Of a stretch of DNA of 64,000 bases, positions 20,901 through 32,900 are shown one piece after another. The position numbers were made by a program, and so were the translations under genes. Every line of letters begins with the position of its first letter. Within the stretch, counting starts at the first letter, position 1. The notes beneath the pieces were generated by a model. It was not told the origin of the DNA, did not search any database, and saw only the letters and a list, made by a program, of their open reading frames with translations. This DNA comes from Thecamonas trahens ATCC 50062 (lineage: Eukaryota > Protista > Apusomonadida): NCBI RefSeq assembly GCF_000142905.1, contig NW_013657679.1, positions 312,657 to 376,656 of the forward strand, in the 5' to 3' direction.

Positions 20901-23900
20901 AGAGACTCCGTCGTCGTCATCGTCGACGGAAACGCCCCGGGCTTGGGCAAACGCCAGCTTTTGCTCCATCGCCGCGGCAGCGACCCGCAGCTCAACATTC
21001 TCGGACGTAACCTCGTCCAGTCGCGTGCGCGCTTGAGCCAGCTCGTCGCGGGTAGCTTTCAACGTCTCGCCTAGCAACGACAAAGCCTGATCCTCAGCAG
21101 GGGCCTCTTTCTCGGCCAAACTCAGGAGCGATGCTTCAAGCTTTGCCACCCGCTTGGTCGCGCCTGCCTCACGCTGCTCAGCACGTACTGCGTTAGTCTC
21201 TGCTCCGCTCGTGCGCTCCCTCAATGCCGCCACTTCCTGTGCCAGCTCGTTGCGCTCGTGCTCAATCGCCGCCAGCCGCTCTACAGTCTCGGCGTGGCGT
21301 TCCTGCCAGGCCCGCGCCTCGGCCTTGGCCGACGCAGCTTCAACCTGAGCCAGGGATGCGCTCTCGTCGCCACCACTGCCGCTGCCAGCTGTCCGAGACG
21401 CTGCAACCTGGGCCTGCACCTGGGCTGCCATGAGTGCCTGTCGTACTTCGATCAGCTCCTCCCTCAGAGCAGACATGCCATCTGCATTCGGGCGCTGCGC
21501 CAACCGGACCTGCTCACGAGCGTGTGCGGCCTCGTTCTCGGCCACCTGCGCACGGGCCAACGCTTCTGCGGCGGCAGCCGAGCTTGCTTCGGCACGCTCG
21601 TGTGCCGCCGCCGCAAGCTCCTTGAACTCGGCGGCGCGGGTTTCGGCCAGCTCCTTCGCTGCCGCAAGCCGCGACGCCTCGATTTGTGCCGCAGCTAGCT
21701 GCTGCTGGAGTGCACGCGACCTTGCGCTGGCTTCGCGCTCCAGTTCGTGCAGCTCGTTTTCCTGGTCCGTAATGATGTTGCGCATCGAGGCGACCCAGGC
21801 CTCTATCTCGCGCTTGGACGTCGTCTCGGCGGCATGGTCGTTCATGAGTGCAGTCAGCGCCGCGCGAGCCGCCTGGAGCCCATTCTGAGTCCGTGCCACC
21901 ACGGACGAGTTCTGCGACTGCAGTGCCATCGATTGTGACATCAGCGACTCGTTTGTGTCACGAAGCGAGGTCAGCTCCGCTGATGCCACCTCCAGCTGGG
22001 CCCGCAAGCCCTGAAGCTCGACCTCGGCGCTCCGAACTCGCTCGTTGAGCTCATTCTCGCGTTCAACCAGCATCTGTGATGCCTCGTCAAGCTCAAGCTC
22101 CTTCTCCTGCACCACCTGGCTCATCGAATCCAGTTCGACCTCGAGCGACGTGACTGTTGCCACCAGCTCGGCGTTGTGGCTCCTGAGCTGTTCGCTCTCG
22201 TCAATCAGCTCCTGCATCATAGCTGCAGATGCCTGCTTGGCACGCCGGCTCTCGTCATCGAGCGTAGTGTTCGCCGCCTGGACTGCAGCCAGGCGCTCCT
22301 CAAGCTCGGAGGCCCGCAGCTGTGCCTCAACAGCAACAGCGTTATTGTCCACAGCATGGTCGCGGTTCGCAGTGCCAGTCTGTGCCAGCGCAAGCGCCTC
22401 CTCCAGAACCTCGTTCTGCGCCTCCAACTCAGACACTCGGTTTCGCAAGTAGTCCATGTCCTCTTGAAGAGTCTCGGTCATGGACATGAAGGCCTGATGA
22501 GACGACGACACGCTGCCACCATTGTCACCCAGCCTTGTCTCGCGCTCGTCGTCGACCATAACCGCCTGCATCTGCGCCTGCAGCTGCGCCACATGGTGCT
22601 GCGAAATCTCCAGCGCAGCTCGCTCAGTAGCCAACTGCTCCAGCAAGACCGCCTTGGGCGCGTTGGCGTCGGCAACCGTATCATCGCCGAACAGCGAGTC
22701 GAGGGTCGGCGCCTCAAACGAGTTCTCGGCCTCCACAAACGCCACCGTTGACCGCTCAGCCCGGATGGGTGTGAGTGTCGTGGCATACAACCCAGGCGTG
22801 CCGCCGCCGCCCACAAGCAGCAGACGTTGAAGGTCCTTGTTGCGCGCCGCGAGCTGGCCTTGTCGGCTCGTCGACTCGGAGAGCGCGGCCTGCAGGTTAG
22901 CAACCTGGCCTGCAAGGTCCGTCCGCTGGTCGCGGCTCATGTGGAGCGCAGACTCAAACTTGGACACATCGTCGTCAGCTTCATCGCCGAGAAGGTCACC
23001 ACCAAGCCGCTGATCATCGCCAAGCCTAGTCCGCAACGGCAATGCCGCCAGGCTGGCTACCTGTTCTTCCAGCGTACCCACATCCTTGCGCAGTGCCTCG
23101 GCACGAACGGTTAGTGCCTCGTTCTGCGACTGCAAAGCGGCACGATCGACGCGGGCGTCGGCGAGATCCTCCTCCGCTGCCGTCAACTCCTGTGCGGCCT
23201 GCTCACGGTATGTCACTGCTTCGCGCAAGAACGCATTTGCCAGGTCCCACGCCTCGGACAGTCTGCTGAGGTACGTCCGGAGAGTGGACGCGCTCACAGC
23301 CTTGCCCAGAGCGTCAGAAAGGCGAGCATTTGTCTCCTCGAGTGCCTGGGCGTGTTGCGTCAAATCCTCTTGCGCCCGCGCAAGCTTGGCATTCTCGACT
23401 GTAAGCGCCCTATTGTATGCAGACTCACGCATAAGGTCTGCCCGCAAATCCGAGTTGCTCTCCAGCACATGCAACACCGCCGCATCCTCTTTGGGGCCGC
23501 TGTGCTTGCGCCCACTACGCTCCGGTGCAGTATCCGCAAGCACCATCGCCGGCCGCGGTTCGAGCTCCACAGCAGAACGCTGCGCAACACTCTGAAGGTG
23601 ACCAACGAGCTCAAGCAGAGCACCATTGTCGGTCTCGGTCCGCGCCAGCACCCGCTGTAGCGCATCGATCTCCCGCACAAGGGCAGCCGCACGCTCAGTG
23701 CCGCCACTTTCGCCGTCGGACGCGGGGGCGGTAGACGACTCAACGTTCTTGTCGGTGCTGTCCAAGTAATCAGGCGTCGGCGCCACGTCCTCTCCGTCCA
23801 CAACAGACGTCGAAAGCACAGCAGTAGCGGTCTCGGACTGCGGCGCCACGTCCTCTCCGTCCAAAACAGACGTCGAAAGCACAGCAGTAGCGGTCTCGGA

Positions 23901-26900
23901 CTGCGGCGCCACGTCCTCTCCGTCCAAAACAGACGTCGAAAGCACAGCAGTAGCGGTCTCGGACTGCGGCGCCACGTCTTCTCCGTCCACAACAGACGTC
24001 GAAAGCACAGCAGTAGCGGTCTCGGACTGCGGCGCCACGTCCTCTCCGTCCAAAACAGACGCCGAAAGCACAGCAGTAGCGGTCTCGGACTGCGGCGCCA
24101 CGTCCTCTCCGTCCAAAACAGACGTCGAAAGCACAGCAGTAGCGGTCTCGGACTGCGGCGCCACGTCCTCTCCGTCCAAAACAGACGTCGAAAGCACAGC
24201 AGTAGCGGTCTCGGACTGCGGCGCCACGTCTTCTCCGTCCAAAACAGACGTCGAAAGCACAGCAGACGCGGTCTCGGACTGCGGCGCCACGTCCTCTCCG
24301 TCCACAACAGACGTCGAAAGCACAGCAGGAGCGGTCTCGGTCTCCTTCGCCTCCACAGCAGCCGCCATTGCGACGGCCTTCAGCTTGCGCCGCGCGCGCA
24401 TCTCGCGCTGTAGGCGCTCCTTCAAGTCGGCAAGACTTGTGACAAGGCTTTGGTTCAGTGCCAAAAGAGCGTCGTTGTCAGCTGCAGACTCGCGCAGAGC
24501 CTCTTCGAGCTCGGCCGACAGCGCTTGCACCGCCTGTGGCTCCTTCGCGCCCGCTTTTTCCAAGACTGGTAGAGGGTTGACCGCCTCCATCTCGGCCACC
24601 CGATAAAGCAGTTCCTCGCGCCCGACAGTGGCAGTCATCTTCGCGCTTTCCAGCTCGGCCTTGAGCGACGCCTCGCGCAGCTGCAACTGCTCAAGTGCCT
24701 TTTCCAACGCTGCGTTCCGCTCAAGCAGAACCTCGTTGCTAGCTGCCGAGTCGCGCAAAGCAGTCGCCAGCTCGCCAGCACTTTCAACGCTGGTATGATC
24801 AGGAGACGGGGTGGCCAGCTGCGCCTCAAGCTCGCCCTCACGCTCCTGCAATCGGCTCACCAAGTCGAGCAACTCGATGTTCTTCTCATGAAGCTCGGTG
24901 TTGTCGGCGTAGACCATGTTCAAAGCATTCTTGAGCTCATCGACGGTCTGTGCATCCGTGCCTTGAGAGTGCGACTGCGAACCTGAGGGCAGCTTGCCGC
25001 CGCCACGGTCGTCGTCGTCATCACCTTCGGCTGGGGCATCACTCTCAGCGTCAGGGCCGTCTGTACCGTCTTTGCCGTCGCCATGGCCGCTACCTCCAGC
25101 TCCGTCACGGTCGTAGTCACGATCCGGGACAGAGTCGGGGTCTACGTCACCCTCGCCAAACACAGTGTGCACTGCGGTAGGCCTCGCTGCAAGATCAAGA
25201 ACAAGCTGGTGAGCACTCGTGAGCTGCTTGGAATAGCCGTCGATCCGCGACGTTGCAAACGCCAACTCGGCCTTGACTGCGCTGAGCTGCACCGCCCGCT
25301 CCTGTTGCGCTGCTGTCAGGGCAGCAACAAGCATCTGCGCATCGTCCAGAGCACGGTGAAGGACACCAACCTCGTGAGTCGAAGCCTGATGCGTGGCCTG
25401 GACTGCGGCAATACGTGGCGTTGGCGCAGCGAGATCCATCGCCGCGGCTTGGACCGCAACCCTCGTGTCGACATACCGCTCCAGGCCAACATCGTTGTCG
25501 CTGGCATGCCCAGCGTCTTCGAGCGCAAGGTCAACCTGTGCACTCAAGCTTGCAAGCTCACCGCGGATGACGGAAAGCCCAAGGTCGCTCGGTGTGGACC
25601 GCGCAGACGACTCGCTCGAATCAGCCACCGATGACACGGCCGACAGTCGAGACGTCGATTGTCGATCCAGGCCCTTCGACTTGTCTCCGGCATGGTAGGC
25701 CAGCAGATGGTGCATCACCTCTTGATCTGCCTGTGCAAGCGACAGTGCCCGCCGCAACTGGCGCATTTCGTCCGCCGAGGCGCCACCGTCACCATCGGCA
25801 CCCACGCTCTCAGCCTGGCTTGCCAGCGTCTTCAGCTGCTCCTGCAACTGCGCAACCATCGCAAGCTGCTGCGCGGCAAACTCGGCAAAGTACTCTTTCT
25901 CCACAGCAAGCGCGTTCTCGCTCGCAGTCAGTTGCGCGTTGAGCATTGCATTCTCCTCCTTGACACTATCGACCGCCACGTCCGCCATGTCGCGCGTTGG
26001 CGAACTAAGACTCCCAGACGACGACGACGGTGCCAGCGCCGTGGGGCGTGCACTCCCTTCCGCCATGTCAGAGGGGGACACTGTACCACCTGCCCGTCTC
26101 GCCTCAGCGAGCTGAGCCGCCAGGGCGTCGCGATCACGCATGAGCGCCGTCCGCTCCGAGAGCAGGGCTGAAACCTCGTCAGCAGACCCAGCACCGGCCG
26201 TTGCCAAGTCGCCCGCGGCTGCCTCCTGCTCAGCCTCGAGCTCCGCCACGCGCACCAGCAACATGTTCCGGGCCTTCATCAATTCAGAAACCTTGACACT
26301 CGCAACACCGCCAGTCGACGTGTGGTCACCATCGCGCCTCGGGCTCCCTGACGCGGTCAGGTCCGCGAGCGAGACCGTGCCCAGAAAGTCAATCAGCAAC
26401 CGAACGTTGTCCAGCTCAGCCTGTAGCGGCACAAGCTTGGCCTCGGACGCACGCAGCTCCATATTGTTGCGCGCAAGTCGCGAACGCGCCTCCGACATCC
26501 GCAGTCGCTCCTCTGCAAAAGCAACCTCGGATTCCAGCTCGGCTCTCTTGTCACCTGCCTTGACTGGTTCACGCCGCAACCGGTCCATCGTGCGCTGCAC
26601 CTCATCCACCACAAGTGTCAACTCGGTCGCCGTCGTCTGCAGCGCCACCCGCTGCTGGAGAAGCTCGTTCGTCTCATCGCGCAGTCTCGTCTCGCGCTCC
26701 TGGAGTGCGCCCAGCAGCTCTTGTGCCTTGGGCGGAACGACATCGAGTGTCTCCTGCCTTGCATGCTGAGCCTTGAGGAGCTCACGCCGCACCACACCCA
26801 GCTCGGCTAGCAGTTGGCGACGAACCTCGCGCATCATCGCAGTCTCTGCCTGGGACGCTGCCAGCTCGCCCTCCAGCTCCTCCACCTGGCCGTCGGCCTG

Positions 26901-29900
26901 AACCACCTCGCCTTCCATCCGCTGCAGCACCGTCCGGAACCGCTCCACAAGGTCGGCGTCGACGCTACTACCGCCGCTGCCAAGCACAACCTCCATCGAC
27001 CGCTTGACCGCCTCGACAGACTCGACGCTGTCGTTTGCTCCAGCCGCAGGCATGCTGGCCGCAACGTACACACTCGGATCATCGCGAGGAATTGGAGTCT
27101 CGAGCGCCACGTGGGACGCCTTGAGCACCTCTTCCAGCTCCAGCTCGCCGTCCGAAGTCTCAGCGCAGCTCGACTCGAGCGGCTCGCCGCCTCTGACACC
27201 AGCACGCCGCAACTTGCGCCGCAGTGACCGGTTGACCTTCTTCAGCTCGCGAACTTTGACTCGCTCCTGTGACAGCGCCTTGGTCAGCGCTGCCAGCTCG
27301 TCTTCCATGTCGCGAATGTCCTCTTCGAGCATGTTCTTCCGCGACTGAAGATGCAGCGTCTCGGCCATGTTGCGCGGCTGTCCGGCGACATCAACCTCAA
27401 CCACCTTGGCCACCGGCGAGCCCAGCTCTTGCGCAAATTTGCGGAACGCAATCATGTCCACCATCTCCTCGTCAGACTCGGACCCGCCCTCAGCACCATA
27501 CCGGGCAAACGAGGCATCTGCCAGCGAGTACGGTGCAACCAGACCGGCACCCCTGTCGCCACGGCTCCCGCGCTCGACCTCCACCTGTGCCGCAAGCACT
27601 TGTGACTCTAGCTCGGACTCGCGCTCAATCGCGGCTCCATACTGCCGCTTGAGCATAGCATATTCGTGCCGAAGTGCATCAAGCTCATCCTGTAGCGCCA
27701 GCACTCGATCCTCTAGCCCCGGCTCGTCCGTCCGGTGCTTTCGCCGGTGGTAATGGTGCCTCTCCTTCATCCCCGTGTGCGGGTGTGCAGCACGAAGCAT
27801 TTGCTGCTCCAGCGGTGAGAGCACCACACCGGCTGCTTCTAGCTTGTCCTCCAGCCCGATTCGAACCGTCTCGAGCAAGCTGTGGGCCTCGGTCTCGGCC
27901 TTGCCGTCGACATCAGGCTCGACCGCGGACTCGCCAGTCCCGACGGCCCGACGGCTCCGACGCCGGCGATACTTGTTCCGCTCACCAGCGCCACCAGACG
28001 CCGCACTGTCCGGAACGTCTGTGCTGTCTGCGGGTCGACGCTTCCGCCGACGCCGCCGCTGCTGTCTCTGCTGTTGGGGCTCCACGCCGACCACGTCTGC
28101 GCTTCCATCGCCAACACTAGTCTCAACGCCGCCGTCATCGTGGCGTGCCCGATGCTGCCGACGCCGCCGAGGATGCTTCTGCCGTTGTGCTGGAGTCGGC
28201 GTAAGCTGTGTCCCACCGTTCTTGGCGCCTTCACGAGCGGGTGCAACGTCAAGATCGTCGTCCACTTCGTCGTCCGAGTAATACTCCGAGTAGAAATCGG
28301 AATACGGTCCACACTTGTACTCGAAACCCGGTGCGATCTCGGACTCTGCAACAGCTCGACGGGTTTTCTCCGGTGTAGGCTCGCCTACAATCGCCAGGTC
28401 GAGCGGCGCCACACTCACGCCGTTGGCCTCCAGCATGTCACGCAGCTTGCTCCACTCACGCATCAGGTGTGCCTTGGACATTGCCAACAGCGCCAGCTCG
28501 CCCTGTGCCCGCTCGTTCGCCACCTGTTCCGCAAGCACCTGCTCCTCCAGAAACTCGATCCGCGCGCCGGCCGCCACCCCGTCGAACGAGTCGTCGAGCA
28601 CAAAGTCGTACGGGGCCAGCGCAAGGTCAGTCCCGCCCAACTCGCGAACATACTCGGCGAGCTCCGCCAAGTGCCGGTCCCGCTGCCTGAGCGCCTGCTC
28701 CGCCGCGAGCAGCTGCTCTTGCAGCTTGGTCACCTCGTCCGAAGCCTCGCCCCCAGACGGCCCGTGGCCTGCGCGCAGCTCAGGCCACTCCAACTGGGCC
28801 ACAAGGTTGTCGACCGAGCTTGGCCGCGACTCGAGCACACGAACCGACCGCTCCGCCCGCTCACGCCGGAGCTTAGCAGCCACGAGCTCCCGTGGCTGGT
28901 CACCATCCTCGCTCACATTTGCCACTCCGGCATCTGTCAGGGACCGCCGCAGCTGCTGAACCTCCACCTGCAGCGCCGCAATGAGGTCATCCTTGGTCTC
29001 GCCCTCGACAAGCGCCTCCTGCAGTGCACGTGTCAGTGACTCCACTAGCTCCGCATTATCGCTTCCGTCGGCTCGCCGCTGTGCCAGCTCCTTGTCAAGA
29101 GCCGCAGCCGCGTTCATGAGCTCGATCTTGTCGCGCGCAAGCTGCACAACCTCGTCATCGCGCTCGTCAAGCTCATCAAGCGTCTTGTCAAGCGACATCT
29201 GCAGCAGCGTCTCACGTCCAGACTCGGTCCGCTTCCCGCTTCCAGGTGCCTGGTGCGCAGCACGCTCGCGCCGCGCCTCACTCCGCGCCGCCACAAGAAG
29301 CGACGCGTCGGCGCTGGGACGCCCGGCGTCTAGAAGTGCCTTGGAAAGCTCGACCTGGGTTGCAATCAACTGAGAAGCTGTCTCTTCGGCCTCGCCCGTC
29401 ACAGCCTCGAGCTCATTGCTCATCGCAGCCATGTTGGCTTCGAGTGCCTCGATCTTGGCAGCGCGCTCCTCTGCCAGCGACGTCAACTCACGGTTGAGCC
29501 CTTCCACACGCAGCTTCTCCTTGGCCATCCCGTCAAGCTCGGCCTCAAGCTCCTTAAGTGTCTCGGCCAAATCGCTCACCTGTTCCGCAAGCAGCTCGTT
29601 GCGCGCTTGCAACTCAAAGGCCTGTACCGCTGGGGATGCGCTGAGCCCATGATGACGAAGCTGTTCACCGCCATCCTCCGCGGTCGGCGCAGTCAGGTCA
29701 GCGCCACCGTGAGAGCCGAGAGACGAGCGTGCAAGTGCCACTTGTGAGCGAGCAACCTCGTTCTCGAGCTCGGCGTTCTCGCGCGCAACTTCTTCCAGCT
29801 CGCGCTGCAGCCGCTCGACTGAGCTGTGGGCCAACGCCGTCTCGTCTTGAGACTCCTCGAGCGCCGCCTCGAGCTCCATGATCCGCCGCATGTCGGTCGT

Positions 29901-32900
29901 CCGCGCTGACGTCAGCTCGCGCACCTCGCTCTGCAGGCCGGCGTAAGCCTCGTTGAGGTCATCGAGCTGCTCCGAAAGAATCGTGTTGCGCTCTTCTGTC
30001 GACACCAGCTTGGTCAGCGCCGTCGCGCCAGCCGAGTCGCGGGTGCGACTCTCGCGAACAGCAGCCACTCCGCCCAGCTCGGTAATCTGCTCCCGCAGCG
30101 CCTGGTTGTCTAGCTGCAGCTGTTCGGCCTCGACCTGATACTTGATGACCTGCGACTCGACATCGCCCTCGACATCCTGAGCCATGCCGTAGTCACGCCG
30201 CAACTCATCCACAAGCTGAACTAGTGCCTCCTTGTCTGCAAGGACAGCCTCGACATCGTCTTGAAGGCCCTCGATCTTGGCAAGCAGCGCCGCCTTTTCC
30301 GCAGCTTCTGCTGTCAACATCCGCTCGGCATCAAGCGCAGCCTGGTTTGCGCTCTCCAGCTCCGTCTCCAACACACGAATGGTCTGCTGCAGAGCCTCGA
30401 GCTCGCTCGACGCGACACTCTCTCCTGATCCACTTGGCCCGTCGTGGCTAGCCCCGGCGACAACGTTGCGCACCTCATCTGCGCTAGCAAGCAGCGAGAC
30501 CCGCTCCACTGGCCGCATCTCCCGTACAGCTGCAAGCTTGGCCACCACGGCAGCCTTGGACTCGTCGCTAAGCGTCGAGGTCGCAACCTGCATTTCGAGC
30601 TCTTGCACCTTGCTGAACAACGCGTTCTCGTCGCGAGCAAGCTCTCGCCACTCGCGGTCCATCTCGCTCAAGCGAACCTTGGTCTCGTTGAGGTCGGCGC
30701 CAAGCTGCTCCTTCGAAATGTGCAGCGTGGCATTCGCCGCTGATGCAGCCGCGAGTTCAGTCGCCAGATCTGCGTTGTCTGCTTGCGCTTCCGCCAGCTG
30801 CTCCGCCAGCGCCTGCAGCTCTGCCACGAGCGCCATTTTCTCCGGGTCAAATCCTGTCAACGAAGTCGACAGCGAGCTCGAGTCCGGCGTTCCATCCTGC
30901 TCAAGCTCGACCAGCCGACGCACTCCAACCGCTTCGCCCGCAACTTCGCGCTCGATCTTTGCCCGCTCCATCGCCACAACCTGCGGCGACGCAAAGCCAG
31001 ACAAAGAGTTCAGCTCGGCTGAATGCAGCACAAGCTCTTGAACGATGGCGTCCTGCCCCGAGACGACATCGCGCACAGCGTGGCTGGACTCGCGCGATGC
31101 AAGTGGGCCGTGTTCAGACCGCAACGCCTTGCCCACCGCAACAGGCAAGCCCACAGCAGGCGCGAGCCCAGGCGTCGTCAGCATCCGCCGCAGCGAGCTG
31201 TTTTCCGCGGCAAGTTCTTCCGCTCGCGACGTCGCCGCAAGCTCATCCTGCGCCAGCTCGCGCCAGCGGCGCCTCAACTCACCCAGCTCGCCGCGGGTCG
31301 ACTCGAGCATTGCATCGGCGGCCTGCCGCTCGGCGCGCAAGCCTTCGTGCTCCTTCACCAGCACCGCGTAGTCCCGCGCCAGCTGTGCGTTGCTCACGAC
31401 TGCATCGTCCAACTGATCGAGCACCACAGCCAGCCGGGTCTCCAACGCCTCCACAGAGACGCGCGACAAACCGCAACCTCACGGGCCTCTGACCCAGTAT
31501 CGGTCTTCGGCACATTGCCTCTGTTCTCCAAGCGGGACAAAATCAGGGCCTCACGCTGCGCCCGAGACTGTCCTAGCGCTTGGTCCACATACCGGCGCGA
31601 GGCGCTCACATCTCCATTGGGGGCGCTCGCGGCCAAATCTGTCGTGAGAAGCACCTGTTCAAGCTGCATCTCCAGCATGTCACCCCGTGTCCGCTCCTGC
31701 AGCACCAGTGCCTGTAGATGCGGCAGTTCATCGATTTCGGTCGGATCCAGCGCTTCACCACGGATTCGTCCACCCGCGACAGAGGGCACGTGGCGCTCGG
31801 TCCCAGCCGTCCGCCGGCCCTGACGCACACGTCCGTCCACCAGTGCGTTGTACTCGTTTGTCAACCGCACCAGCTCACGGGCGAGAACTCGCTTCTCCTC
31901 GTCGTCGCTACCTGAGCTCGACGAACCCGGTGAGTCCGGCGCTGCACCACCACTCCGCACCTTGCGCACCAAGTTTGCATTCTCGGCCACAGCCTGCTCC
32001 AGTGCGCTCCGCAGCTGCGAGACGGTATCCCACGCCGCAGCCTCACCGAGCGAGCCTCCACCATGACGCACAGCATCTGTCAGTGCTTCGTTCTGAACAA
32101 GTGCCTGCTGGTGAAGCTGCTCCAAACGCTGCATTCGGGCCGCCATAGCCACAACAACCGTCGGCTCCGGCTCGGCGGCTCCGCCGCTGGCATCTCCGCC
32201 GCCACTACCGCGCGAACGCGAAACGTAGTCGACTCCTCCGAGCAGCTCGACCTGCTCATCGACAAGGGCCGCGCGTGCATCCTGCCGCGACACAAGACTT
32301 GTGTCTCCCTCGTAGAGGGTACCCGGCTCATGAACCAGTCGTGCCAGCTCGGCCAGATCCACCGAGAGGGTCTCCAGCGCCGGAATGACCGACCGTGCGC
32401 GCGGATCGGCACCCGGGGGCAAACTACCTTCCAGCTGTGCGGCAGCCGCGCCAGGCACTGGCGCCACCTCGGCTAGCACCGACTGCAGCGTCGGCACTAG
32501 CGCCGCCATGCCCAGCTCGTCCCGCAGAGCGCGCACGTCGTCACGCGTCCGCCGGAGCGCAGCATGCGAGCCCAGCACCCGTGCTTTTTCGTTCTGCAAC
32601 CGTGCCTGGAAGCTCGCCAGCTCGTTGCCCATCATCGCAACAAGCACCCGGCCAATGAGCTCCAACAGCTGGCTGCCGTGCGCTGGTGACGCGACCAGAG
32701 TCGCATGCGGCTCAATGACCACCAGCAACCGCGCCAGCTGTGCCTCCACGTCATCAAGCGTCGCCAGCGAGCTACGCACCCGCTCGCTCACATTCGACAA
32801 CGACTCAACCTCGGCGCCGAGCGACTCCCGCTCCGCAGCTTCCATACCACGAACGTGCGCCTCCGACAACTGCCGCTGAACTGCAGCGAGCTGGCTCTCG

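Noticed and set aside
23779-24342. 63-bp array as a CRISPR or non-coding satellite
   Set aside because: No spacers; the unit length is a multiple of 3 and it lies in frame within a long CDS.
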